Source: Hydrurus foetidus
Taxonomy: Eukaryota
Assembly (NCBI GenBank): GCA_900617105.1
Contig: UYFQ01000315.1
Span: 1-64,000, forward strand
Direction: 5' to 3'
DNA length: 64,000 nucleotides
Shown here: positions 39,662 through 52,500 of the stretch, piece after piece
Position numbering within the stretch: the stretch's first letter is position 1
Layout of the letters: every line of letters starts with the position of its first letter
Made by a program: the position numbers and the translations under genes
Notes under the pieces: generated by a model
Databases searched by the model: none
What the model saw: only the letters and a program-made list of their open reading frames with translations
Told to the model about the DNA's origin: nothing

Positions 39662-40999
39662 TTGTGTCACTTCTATAGTACCGAAGCATCGTAGCATTTT
39701 ATAGTGCTTATTATCTGTCTTATCATGCATCAAATTGTGATATTGTCCATCAAATACTATTCTTATTCAGCCAAACATTCAACTTAATTCTTCACGAAGT
39801 ATTTTGTGGTTCATCATAGAGATGCATTATTCGTACGTTCTCTACTGTACGCACAGTTTCGTCGACTACACAACACATTTATACCGTTTACGCAAACGAA
39901 AAATAGCCAATATTCAGATTCATACGTTTCTGTACGAATCATTCATCGTATTAGATGCAATTTACGTTATCCCATTCAACCAATTTATGCATGCAACTCT
40001 AATCAGGACGATTACCTGGTATAATTAACTTCTATTATTTTGATTTATTGGCTTTTGGGACTTACATGAGGGGAACATACGGGAAGGACAGTATGGGGGA
40101 GAGAGGTAGAATGAATTTAGAGAATAGAAGAGAGAGATAGGAGAAGAAAAAAAGAGGAATATAAAGGAGAAGAGAGAAAGAGAGGGATAGGAGATTTGAA
40201 ATGCAAAGAGACAAACACACTGACAAATGGAATAAAAGATGTACAGTATAGTAGTGGAGCGCAATAAATGGTATTGAACATTGCTCTATTTACCGTGCAT
40301 CTTGGAATTGGACTCACTGTACTGTACTGTACTGTACGTTGCTAACATCAAGCCCCCTACTAAAGAACAATGAACCACATCTTTCACGTTAATGCCTTAC
40401 TTTACCCTTATAGTCTCTCATAAATCGAAAGATAAAGCCAATATCACCGATATTGACGAAAATCAGTAGGTAACTGGATATCCTTTTATATTATAAATAA
40501 CAGTCACAAAAACGTAACGCAAATTGTTGGCAATGATAATCTGAAGAAACAGGATGGGTAGCAGTATGCTCATGAATATTGTATAAAATCTAGAGATGAC
40601 AATACTTAAAAACACTTAATTCGGAACCTTACAAATATAAGGTGAACAAAAAACTATACAAAATGACAAAATGATTTACCCGTTATACTGTAATTCAATT
40701 AACGGACTATACAATCAGACTATAAACAAAATAACTCCAACTGCAAGTACCATGGGCAACAAAAAAAATTCTTCGCTGCAAATTGCATATCTTCAGCTGC
40801 AATCTTTACGTCACGATAAAGTGTTGCGTATTGTCGAAGTCACAACTAAACAGGAATATCATATTTCCGTGCTCGAAAATGACTGCTGAGAACAAACTTT
40901 CCCACTCTACACTTTTCAAATAATATGCTCGGACACATATTTTCACAATAAAGAAAATCCCCACAAGAGCTCTTTTTTTTAACTTGGACAATATTCCTT

Positions 41000-42103
41000 T
41001 TAACTTTCTACATCTTGACCATCTTCATCGCCTGCTGCTTCAGCTGCTGCCAGCTGCTCCGCTACCACCCTTAACTCCTCCTCTTTCCTCTCCCTCTCTG
41101 CGATGTCCTCCCTCACTTTCCTCTCTGCTGCCTCTTTGCGGAATAGAAGAGCTTTCTCCTCGAATTCTTCCGCTTTCAGTCTAGCCCCTGCAATCAGTTC
41201 ATCAGCTATTATCTGAGCAGCTTCATACAAATCCGATCTAACCCTCAGACTAGCTATCAAATCTATGATTGTTATCTCCTCTATCTCCTTCTGCAGAGGA
41301 TCGTAGAAAAATCCCTCATCTTCCAGCATGTCGAATACTCCGGAATGCAAAGATCCAAGATACTGTTGAGAGAAATACTGTGCTGCAACTTTCTCTTCTA
41401 GTAATTTTCTCTCAGCTGCACGCGATAGCTCTTGTTCCACCCTTCTTTCCTTCTCGAGAGCCCTTCTCTTTGCATCCGCTTCGAGACGCTGTACTTCTGC
41501 CAACTCTATTTTACGCACCAATTCGAATTCCTCTTGCTGTCTGTAGATGGCCTCTAACTCTTCTTCTTGCATCAGTTCGAGCAACGCGACATGAAGTGTC
41601 TTCCCTACTAGCACTTCCAAAATCGGCTCAACCTCTAGATCAAAGTCCCATAAGTCTCCAGGCGATATTTGAGTTACGACATCAAGACCAGTTCTCGCAG
41701 GAACGAATAGGGGAGAAGCTGGTCGGTCCATGAAAGCCTGAGTTTGTGTTTCCGCATCAAGTTCTATCGGTCTATCTGTTAATTCTTCTAGGAAATCTTC
41801 TGTCTGCATGTCCATGTGCATTCTTCCCATTACAGCTGGAGGAGTCGATGATCTCTTCGTTGTGAACTTTCTTCTCTGGGAGTCAGAGCGAGAAGTTTTT
41901 CTGGTGCTTTGCATTTCAGTTTTTAGGCTGAGTGACATTAATTTCGATGAGTAGGTATTGCCCCTCACAACTCGAGGATCGTGCATAAGATTCGATAGAG
42001 CTGGATCTGCTGCCAGATCACTGTCATCTCGGTACTTCATCTTCCTTTTGATGGGAGCTGCATGAGGTTGAGTTGAATATGAAAATGTGTTTTCGGACTG
42101 CAT
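41000..42103 (-). CDS. RSPH3: Radial spoke protein 3, intronless
   Basis: NLMHDPRVVRGNTYS, TPPAVMGRMHMDMQTEDFLEELTDR, ETQTQAFMDRPASPLFVP, DLWDFDLEVEPILEVLVGKTL, EEEL. Confidence 0.96.
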   Translation of the reverse strand: MQSENTFSYSTQPHAAPIKRKMKYRDDSDLAADPALSNLMHDPRVVRGNTYSSKLMSLSLKTEMQSTRKTSRSDSQRRKFTTKRSSTPPAVMGRMHMDMQTEDFLEELTDRPIELDAETQTQAFMDRPASPLFVPARTGLDVVTQISPGDLWDFDLEVEPILEVLVGKTLHVALLELMQEEELEAIYRQQEEFELVRKIELAEVQRLEADAKRRALEKERRVEQELSRAAERKLLEEKVAAQYFSQQYLGSLHSGVFDMLEDEGFFYDPLQKEIEEITIIDLIASLRVRSDLYEAAQIIADELIAGARLKAEEFEEKALLFRKEAAERKVREDIAERERKEEELRVVAEQLAAAEAAGDEDGQDVES

Positions 42104-42481
42104 TGTTCTGCGATTATCAAGACAAAAATTGCTCAAAGCTGCCTTCGATAACAGATGAAATCGAAACTACGATTGGTCCTTCGGCAGTCCCTCTCTTCCA
42201 ATGTTAGTAACTACGACAAACCATCTCCCATCTCCCTTCAAATCGATCATGAGACGATTTGTCATGCCGTCACAAAAATGAAACGGCAGGTTATACCGGA
42301 GCGTCGTAGCCGTCAACCGTCCACTTACCGCTGTCAATGCGACTTCGCTCTCTCCTCTCTGCTGCTGTCTTCGTCAGCTCTGATCTGCAGTAATGCATGA
42401 GAAGTGCTTCATTACGCCCAAATCTTGCGTCGTTTTCAACATCAACCATTCAGGAGTGCAGAGCTTCCGCAGCCAAGAGCA

Positions 42482-43600
42482 ATGAAGAGCATCGAAGCGT
42501 TCGCTCGGAAAGGAGAGAAAAACATGTTAAGAAATATGTTCAAGGAGGAAGGTGCATCATCTGACGATTCGATGAGTGAAGGGGAAGGTGATGAGAAATC
42601 AGCTCTCGACATAGCTAAAACGTCTGCTCAGCATAGTAATATCCTCGCGACAGAATGTATATCGGAAGACGAAAGTGACGAGTGTGGTGACTACAGATCA
42701 TTTCCTGAAAATATTGACAACTTTCTGGAGCAAACATCTGATCCAAGTGACGGAGAAACATCGATAGAAATCTACGATTCAGTAACGGGTTTATTCAAGA
42801 TACAACTGCGACAGCAAAAGAGAAAAGGAATAGCTCATCAGTTATGGCCTGCAGCCACTTTTCTCTCGAAATACATCGAAGACAACGTTACTACTCTATA
42901 CCCAAGGAGTAAGTCTGAAGACACAAGCATACTTGAATTAGGAGCTGGCATAGGTCTCTGTGGCTTAGTTTGTTCAGCCCTAAATTTTAAGAAAACAATT
43001 CTGACAGATTTGCCAGTTGCGCTTGATTTGCTAAACTCCAATATTGCGCTGAATCCATTCGGAATCAAATCTGACTGCAATAAAGGTGAATTAGGAAGCA
43101 ATATTGTATTTAAATCAGCACGTGCTGTTTACAGAATAATGCTAAACACACAGAGGAATTGCTCTTCTATGTGTTTTCGTATGTGATTCTGTAAAAAAAT
43201 CTTGAAACTTTCTTTTTCTGATTTTCTGTGACTTTTCGTAATTCCAGATAATCCAACTGAAGCTCAAGTTCTCAGCTGGGGAAATAGAGAGGAGCTAATC
43301 GCTGTGATGGATAGATTTGAGAAGAATTGCCCTGTATTAGTCATAGCAGCGGATTGCGTCTATTGGGAAATATTGTTCAAGCCTCTTTATGAAACGATGA
43401 AAGAATTAGTCGAAGTGTACAATGCGGAAATAATTATATCTCATGTGAAAAGATGGAAAAAAGATGAGAAATTTTTCAAAATGTGTAGAAAAACTATGAC
43501 AGTTGAATTGCTGGAGGAAGTGAGAGAAATAGTGCCAGCGGAGCATACGGGAATACCAACAAGAGAAATGAAACGAATTTACCGAATCAAGGCAAAATAA
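42482..43600 (+). CDS. METTL21/Methyltransf_16-family protein-lysine methyltransferase (2 exons)
   Basis: GIAHQLWPAA, ILELGAGIGLCGL, ILTDLP, LSWG, VIAADCVYW, KRWKKDEKFF. Intron about 43086-43247. Confidence 0.9.
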
Positions 43601-44147
43601 CAAATAACAGTCAACTCAGAGCGTCTCTTGAAAACATTGAAATCTCTTATCTACCATACAAATAGAGTAATTGCCAATTCACTACTTCACATAATTGCTT
43701 CGTGATTATTTGAACTGCGGAGTAATTAATGTATGAAGAAAAGCACCAACACTCTTATTTTGTGCTCTTTAAATAACTACTGCACACTACACTTTTACAT
43801 CAAGCACTTCTACTCAATGCCACTGGCTATCAACTCCTAACGTGACAAACTGCATTGGCTTCGAATGTCATCTTTTTTTCTTTTTCAGTGATTTTCTGAC
43901 CTTTTCTTCTGGGTTGATTCCGGTTCTAGATCCAGGATCCATCACCGTTTAGAGCTGTTGACGGCTCCAAGCAACCTCTGTCAATCTTCAGTCGAACTCA
44001 ACTTCGCATGCTCACTTCGTACCAGCATCTGTATGTGCTCGCGACTCCGATTCAGCGGAAGATAATTAGAGGAAGTCGCAGCGGCACCAAGAATTCGCTC
44101 TTCGTTCCGAAGTCACATCAGCAACTGTCCATCAATTTCCGCTCAGG

Positions 44148-44879
44148 ATGCCACTAAAAGTAGCGAGATCAGCCGGGAAAATTGCAGAAGCGAGAGTGTC
44201 AGACAATGCGGAGACCCTGCAGCCAATTGATGTCCTATATAATCCTCAAATTGTTGAGGGTTTACTTGAACAATTACAGCAGCAAGTTTCGGTGAAATGT
44301 TCTCAGCTTCAAAAAGACTCTGATTTTATGACAATATCAATTCAACAAGCGTTTCATCTGGAGCTCATCAAATTACCCACTCAAGTAAAGAATATGTCTT
44401 TGGCGAGATTTAAAGAAGAATTCGGAGAAAGTCTCGAGGCTGTTACCCGAAGTGCGATTGGCGGACTAGTTGCAAAGGCTAAAATAGCACAACCTACTCC
44501 AAGTTCTTTCGGGTCTGCTGTAAAAAGTGGTCGGCCCAATGCAAAACCTTTTCAGACACCGTCAGCTGGACAGAAAAATGGATCGCGTGGAAATACAGCA
44601 GCTGCAATGAGAAATCCTAAGGAAGGAGAAAAAATTGTTTCCATAAATGGCTCACCTCTGGGCGATTTCAGGACTGTTGTTAAAGCTCCTAAGAATGTTA
44701 CAATAGTTCCCCCGACCCCTGGGGTTTTCATTCCCCTTGAATCTGGGGACGTTTTAGATCTCGATAACTTCGATGTAGCAGCGCTCACTCAAAATCACAA
44801 AGAAGATGCGATGATAAAAATGCTGGCCATGATGGCAAGTATCAAAAGTTGTATGGTCAAAATAGAGAAATCCAAATAA
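44148..44879 (+). CDS. Borealin/Nbl1-like chromosomal passenger complex subunit
   Basis: N-terminal helix ending LELIKLPTQVKNMSLARF, and SINGSPL motif, both typical of Borealin. Confidence 0.72.
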   Translation: MPLKVARSAGKIAEARVSDNAETLQPIDVLYNPQIVEGLLEQLQQQVSVKCSQLQKDSDFMTISIQQAFHLELIKLPTQVKNMSLARFKEEFGESLEAVTRSAIGGLVAKAKIAQPTPSSFGSAVKSGRPNAKPFQTPSAGQKNGSRGNTAAAMRNPKEGEKIVSINGSPLGDFRTVVKAPKNVTIVPPTPGVFIPLESGDVLDLDNFDVAALTQNHKEDAMIKMLAMMASIKSCMVKIEKSK

Positions 44880-45462
44880 ACCAAATTAATAAATCCTTTT
44901 TGTCTTAAATATCTAAATCCTGTGTTGCGTTAAATTTTATAATCAACATTTACGCTCAGGGAAATCCTGAAGGAAATTGATTATTTAAGATTTTCATTTG
45001 TTTTTTTCTGTATCGGAAAACTCTCCTCTTCCTTATGAAAGAGTGTTTTTGTACTGCATGTATTAAAAAGATTCGCAAATTCATTCGGAATATTTTATGG
45101 AATTTAGTCTTGAAAGAATCACAGACTACATTGCGCGATCAGATAGCAATCAGTAGCCGTCTTAGAACACTGGAACTAACTGTTTGCATAGTTACCTTTC
45201 CGATTACATTGCCCTATTAATGACTACAGTCTACAGCACATGAAAAAAGATAAAAGGTAGGCCTTCTCCAATACTGTTTCACTGGATCCACGAACTCAAT
45301 ATCCGACATCTACCGTTACGAGACGTCTCCTTCGTTCTTCGTTCTTGCAACTGTTACAATAGATAGTAGTAGCATTTGAATGCGTGGTTTCACTCTCGAC
45401 GCCTCTGAATTACTCGCAATTTCAGTGTCCTTTGGCTTTGCTGCATTATTACCTATCGTGCT

Positions 45463-48400
45463 ATGTCACATATAATACGGGGATCACTTGTATCGGTTGT
45501 ATTCTCAATCACTGCCTTTTCGCACTCTGATGTGGAGAATCTACATAGTTACAGCGGTGTTCCATGCTTGTTGGATATAACTGCGGGGACCGGCATGATT
45601 CTAAATGCTTTGGATGAAGCCATCTTAAGTATGCAGGTTGGCGATGTAAGGGGTATCTGCATTCCTGCAGCTGATGCTCCTGAATCAGCAAGAGCTCTGG
45701 GAGTACAACTGCGGGGCTGGTTGAAATACGAATTGAAAGTCATTGGAGTCGTCAACACTCCAACTAGTCCTGAAGAAATCGCTAGATTTTTTGATAAAGG
45801 TACTGTAAGTTTAAGAGCTCTCGGTGAAACTCGCGATGTGAAGAAAGGACCTTTTAATATATCGCGGACATATGACATGTTCGAAGCAGCAGCTATCAGT
45901 GAGGAATACAGAATCCTGGAATTACTGCATAAGGATAATGTTTCTCATACATTTGATACATCTGAGGAAAGTAAGCGTGAAAAATATGTCAGCTCTCATA
46001 GCAGAAAAAGATTGCGACACGAAGAAAACGTAAAAACTCTCCCGTGCTATTCGATTCCATTTCACAGCGATAATATAGATTCTAGATTCCTCATTCCTAC
46101 CTGGCCAGTCGAGATGCCTAAGGAACAATTCTTGCCTCATTTAATGTCCTTAGCTCTAGAAAGTCAGAGCAAAGTTATTGTTCTTTTTGATTCTCCTAAC
46201 GACTGGCAGAACATAGAAACATTCCGATCAGAACAATCAAACGATACTGAATTCCGATTAGAGCAAGCTAAGGAAATTAACGATTTGAACTGCACTGGTC
46301 AAGTTCTTTACAGATATAGTATTATTCATGCTAAGAACAGTCTGTCATTAAACACCACTATTCCTGTTCCGATCCCTGGATCTGATCTCTGGAATGTTCT
46401 GCGAACGAACAATTCATTTACTGTAGAATCGGAAGAAGGTGATAGCACCGGAGAATGCGTGCTGACGTGGCTTAGGATATCTGAGGGACATTCCGGGGAA
46501 TATTCTGAAGAATATTCTTCAATGGAAGATGTTTCCTATCAGAACACCACAACAACAAATAGAGAAGGAGAGGGAGATGGAGATAAAGAGGAACATAGCG
46601 ATGGAACAACAGGAAGTTGCAATACAAGTAAAGCAGATAAGAAACACTCGAACAATGCCCCTTCTGAACAACATTCACCATCTACTTCAAACAAAAACAA
46701 AAAGATGAACGCCCAAGTATCCGGTATGAAAATCGGAATGGATCTTGGATCTAACGGATTCCGGATAGCGCTTATACGGTTTAGCGGGTGGGATCGTGGG
46801 TGTCCACCGCAGAATCGACTGTGGCAGGGGTTCATTGATTTATATGATAAGTGAGTCTACAACGTAGCTATTTCCTTTCTTCCTCTCACCTTTGATGTCT
46901 TCCTTCTTCCCTCTTTCTCACTCTCTCTCTTTTCCTCTCTCTCCTTCTTTTTCTTTTTCCATAACCCAATTCAGAGTGCTTAGTGAACTAACAGCGTCAA
47001 CAATAGCAGCATCAGCATCAGCATCAAAAGATAAACCAAAAGACAAATCAAAAAATAAATCTCTCTCCGTTCTGCTCGTGGATGTTGGATCACCACACGG
47101 ACCGAGAAACAAAGATTCCGAGAGAAGATTCCACCCTCAAGGGGAACATTCCGAAAATGCCTCTGGATCTCAGACCTTAGATTCCAGAACAGTGAATGCA
47201 TGTGGATTTCAGAACTCACATTCCAGACCTGACGAATGCATCGGTGGTGCTGGGGATGTTGGGGGTGGTGCGACTGTTGAGAACGATGAAAGTATTGGGA
47301 ACTTTGAAAGTGTTAGGAATGCTGGGAATGAGGAGGTTGAGTGTGTGCGGTGGGGTGTGGGGGACAGGGTCGGATTGTTTCTTTTTATTCAAGGGGTCAA
47401 AGGGGAAGTCCAAAAGACAGAACTAGAACCAATCGTGGAATCTGAGTCAGGGGGAGGGGTTATTCAAGGTGGGGGCATCGGATTAAATAACAGCGATCAT
47501 GATATTGATAGAAAAGGTGGGAGAGTTGTTGATTGTGAAGATAAAAACAGTGATGCAACGACTCATACGCATCCTCCTTCTCCTTCACGTTCAGAGTCGC
47601 AGTTGCGCTCTTCATGTCCAGCACACACGGACATATGTCAAGTCTCTGATACTCCTGTTCACGAAGAATCACGTTTTAATCTCAACTCTAATATCGCTGA
47701 TCGGAATACGAGTGCGAAGTTGCTCATGCATGCGAAGGTTCGTGGACTTATATTCCGGATATCGCTGTCTGCATTACTGTTTCTAGTCCTATTTCCATCA
47801 CTGACTATTTCGCGCTACGTCAGATTGTCGTACTAAATTAGATGGACATTCTGTTTCATAGGATGCTTCAATAACAACTCTGTCCATTGCATCTCATCTT
47901 ATCGCATCGTAATCTCTGCGTTCATCATTCGACAATTAGAAGCAGTCATCCACTTCTTATTCTCTAATCCCCTTCATTTTTTATTTATTTTTGTTTCATC
48001 TCATTTTCTTCTCCCCCCTTTTTCTCTTTCTTCAGCAACTCACGGAACAAATGGATTTACAAACTAAACATGATCAAGAAAAAGCCAGAACGAGACTTAA
48101 CGACAGACTGAAAGCTAGAACAGAAACACCAAGAGAATCACAGACACGGATACGGACAGACGGACATACCACTGGTGGCATGCAACCAGTTGATGTAATC
48201 AACAGTGAGGAAATGGGAGAAACTGAAGTGTGTGGTGCGACAGTCCGTTCCAATGCGGGAAATGATTCTGAGCTTGCGCCTATGCCTCCAAACATTATCG
48301 CCCCTCTACCTCTTTCACTACCTCTAACTCAATCTTGTCCATCTGTTCTTCCCCCTCATCCCCCTTCTTGCCCACCATCATCCTCTTCTTCCTTTCTTCC

Positions 48401-48680
48401 CTCTCCCCCATCTTCATCCAATCTCATTTCAAATACTCTCCAATCTATTACCGATACCAATACTGAGAAAAGCAAAATATCAGCAGTTCATTTTACCTCA
48501 GATGTCGACAAGAATGAAGAAACAATTCCTAACAATAACACAGACCCTAGACTTTGCATTCCAGAAATATTGTACAATCTCGCAACTAATGTTGATAATG
48601 ATGCGCTTCGACATCTGTTCGTTACGCATGCTCAGTACAAATTCGCATACAAGATTGCCTGTCAGATGGTGAAGAAATGA
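45463..48680 (+). CDS. Large low-complexity protein with N-terminal FKBP-like domain (3 exons)
   Basis: AGTGMILNALDEAILSMQVGDVRGICIP...LKYELKVI resembles FKBP. Exons about 45463-46850, 46975-47737 and 48036-48680. Confidence 0.65.
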
Positions 48681-49577
48681 CATCTACAGATAAATGATGC
48701 TTTCTATGCAGTTAGAATTGGAGAGGAGAGTACTTCCAAGTAAAGTTACAATTACAGTTATTATTGTATACTTACAGATATCTGCAGTACATTGACCTCC
48801 AGTTCTGTACGGTCAATGTGACACGTATGCGCTAACTTGCCACGTACTTCGATTGTACGTTCTCATCACTTTCAACATTCTACATTTCTTACACACCAGC
48901 TATTTTTTTCTTTACTTTTTTAATTTATTTTGTACTTTTAAAATCGAATCAAAGAACTCTATTTCACTGTTCCGAATGACTGAATGTCGCTGATTCCGAA
49001 TTGCCATTTGTCCCTTGCCACAATGGAGCAAAATTTTTGAGGGAGATACAAGGGGGTATTAAAAGGAGAAAGATCAACGGTTACACTGGCCCTGACGTTG
49101 CTTACATTGAAGTGTCCCATTTCAATGTCAGCTGAGACATCAACGAAGAAGTCTGTTCATGCGAAATCTCCAATTCTTTAATCAAATCCAATTAAATGAC
49201 ATTTTAATAAGACACATGTTGACATGAATATTATTTGTAGTATCGATCAAGAATGGAGGAAGGCAATTCAAAATCGGAGTTGAACAGTTGAAGATTTATG
49301 TAATGTAATATTAAAAAAAGGAAAATCGGTACCAAATAAGACATTAATAGCAGTAAAATCTGCAGTAGAGTTGATATTTATTGTACGTTGCTAGGTGTGA
49401 CTGATGTGATGTGTAATACTTGTGCACACTATGTACAATTCTACCTGCAGAAAATTGAGTTTTACACTTTTAAAAACTCTGTTATATCTTTTCCACAAAT
49501 TTTACTACTTTTTTGCCAAAATAAAAATCCAAGCAAAGTTATGCAAAATTGGTAGAAAAATCCAAACTATCAAGGAA

Positions 49578-52500
49578 TTAGTTCTGCATTAGTATTCTGG
49601 CCATTAAAGTGCTCCGATCATAAGGCACTACTTCTTCTCCAAAGAATTCGTAAATTTCTAAATTTAATTGTATTATTTCTTCTGTTCCTAAAATATCGAA
49701 AATGATTTCAATGAGAGTTTTTCTCATTTCTTGTTTTTCTAGGAAATATCCTGGATCTTGAATTCGTTTTACACTACTATATAATTCAATTTTTTCTTTT
49801 AATTCTTTCACGGAGTAATTTGGAACTTGTAAAAGCGTTTCTTTTATTGTGTTGAACCAATGTTTTACATTTTCTCTGTCTCTTTCTACGTCTTTCTCCT
49901 TTTTCAGTTCCCATTGTTTCTTTTTTTCTTCTTCTTCTTCGGGTTCCTTATGTTCTTCTTTATTAGCACTGAAGAATGTGCTTCCATCTACACCGAACAT
50001 TCCTGAGAACATTCCTGGGCTAGTGCTTTCTGACGCTATTAAACAGGATAATAAGTGTGGGGGAGGGGGGAATAGAGGATCAGATTAGACCAGAAACGAG
50101 TTCAGTAGGAGGGAGAGAAGGGTAGTAGAGAGTTTGTATGGCGAGACTAGAAGATAAGATGAGATGATGACGAAGTGAAGTGAAGTGAAAGGAATAATAG
50201 CAGAGGATGAGATGGAAGACGGAATCAATTGGTGAAGAAATGAGTGAGATGCGTATGGACGTACAATCAGCAGCAAGGACGCTTGTCTGTCCTGTTAATC
50301 ATTTGATGTTCTGTGAGACAAGAAAGCAGTAAAATAGCCACGACTGACAAACAGATAAAAGTACTCCACTCCCAATGAGCCACTCAATTTATCACTACAC
50401 TACACCACGCTACACTGCATCACACTACAGCACACGACACTACACAAACAAAAAGAAGTCAATACACGCTTAGAGTACATACCCGAGCTGTAAGATGCGC
50501 CTCTTGCTTCGGGCACGGTGGGTGAGGGGGGGACAGGGTCGGGTCCGAACAGACCGGACTGCATCCCCATCCTCTCGAGGAGATCGGATAGGCCGAGATC
50601 GACAGTGGCGCCCGCTCTGCTGTATTCCTTGCCGAGGATTAAGAGGGCTGAGGAAGGAAAAAGGGAGTGAGGGAGGGGGTGAGGGAGAGAGGTAGACATG
50701 GAGAAGTCAGGGAGGAAAGGTGAAGGGGGGAGGGGTGGAGAAGAGGATGTGAGAAGGGGAGTGGATGAGATTGAGAGTGAAGTGAGGGAGGGAGTCAAGG
50801 AAAGATGGTAGTGAAGAGATGGGCGAGGGGAGGGAGTGAAAAAAGAGGATATTAGGAATGGAAGGAGGGGATGTAGAGAGCGTAACAGAGAGGTGACAGG
50901 TGATCTGCGTCCTGAAATAGACACATTACATCACCAACATTGCACAATTCCATCATCCTCGCAATCAGACTTACCCTCTCTTCTCAGCAGTCTTGTTGAG
51001 GGCGAGATGGAGTGGTCATGCAGTATTTTGTTGCACACGGAACACAGAGTATGCACAATGTCAGACTTTGTCACCTGCCATGCAATGGCCAACCTGCAAA
51101 AGAAAAATGTCGGCTTCAGTCAGAATCTAGAAAAATCAGTCTCATAGAAGTAAGAGCACACTTCGGAGACGGGCAAATAGGGATGGGTGAAGGAATGGGC
51201 TGAACTTACAGAACAAGCAGAGTGGAGAAAGGTGGAGGGGGGTGGATTTAATAGGTGCGAGATTTGATTTGTAAGTACGTTTGTAATGAAGGAAGGAAGA
51301 GTGATAAGAGAGAACTGTGGAAACCCAAAACTTGATTCGAAAAGTTTAGAATAGAGAAGAAACGCAATATCTTATTGAAAAGTTTCAGAATAGAGAAGTG
51401 TAGAATAGAGTAGAATAGAATGAATGGACATGTAAAAGTCCCTCCTAATATAACGTAAGAGAAAACTCACATATGAGAGGACATCGCTTTTGTTTTCTCT
51501 CGGAACTGTTGCTTCTCGCTGTCTGTCGCGCTCTCTGGTGGACCCATATTCATGTTGGACTTGTTCATGGCTGTACGAGCGTCACGTACATCTTGAGGCG
51601 TGCCTGGGAGGGAGGGAGATGTTAGTGTGTGAATGGTATTGTTAATGTTAGATGATGCTAGTGCGAAGCAGGTAATTTCGGAGTACTGTTGATGATCGTA
51701 CTGTTAGTAACTGAATTCCGGGGCGTTGCATGATGCTGTGTATTGTGAGCGCACGGCCACTGCACATAATATGTATTATCACATCGCTTACTGTACCATA
51801 TCACAGTACGTGCTGTAAATATATCAGCAAGTAAGATCTCTACGTCATGAAACACGTACAGTAAGCACGACAGATCATCACCGTACGTACGTACCCAGCC
51901 TGTCGTCCTCCACTTTCTGTGCTTCCTCGGCTTTCTGCTGAAGACGCATGAACTCCCAACCCGAGAAAACGACCTGGGAAAAACATCAGCAGAGGAAGTA
52001 AGGAATAAGGATGTGAGGGGGGAGAGGGAGAGAAGGATGTGAAGGGGGAGAGGGAGAGAAGGATGTGAAGGGGGAGAGGGAGAGAAGGATGTGCAGAGAA
52101 GGATGTAGGGAAGGAGAGAAGGATTGAGGGAGAAGGAGGAGATAGAGGGAGATCAGAGAGACGATGATAGAGCAGTCGATAGTCAGTGACTAAGGTGGAT
52201 GACAGATAAAGTGATCAAATACCATTTCCCCTTTGATATGAAGTAGAGAAAGGAGAAGATTAGATGAGTTGTTGCGACTTCTTCAATAGTAGGGAATGGG
52301 AATGGAATGTAACAAATGCGAAGGAAATAACTATGATCCTCTACAGTGGTTCTCTCTCCCCCTCTCCTCTCCCCAACCTTACTTTACTTCACCCTACCCA
52401 AAACTAATCTATCCTTCATTATCTTACTCTTTTCTCTTTCCCCTCCCGTCCCCTCTCCTTCCTCGTCTCATCTCGTGTTCCATCCCCCCTCCCCATTTCT

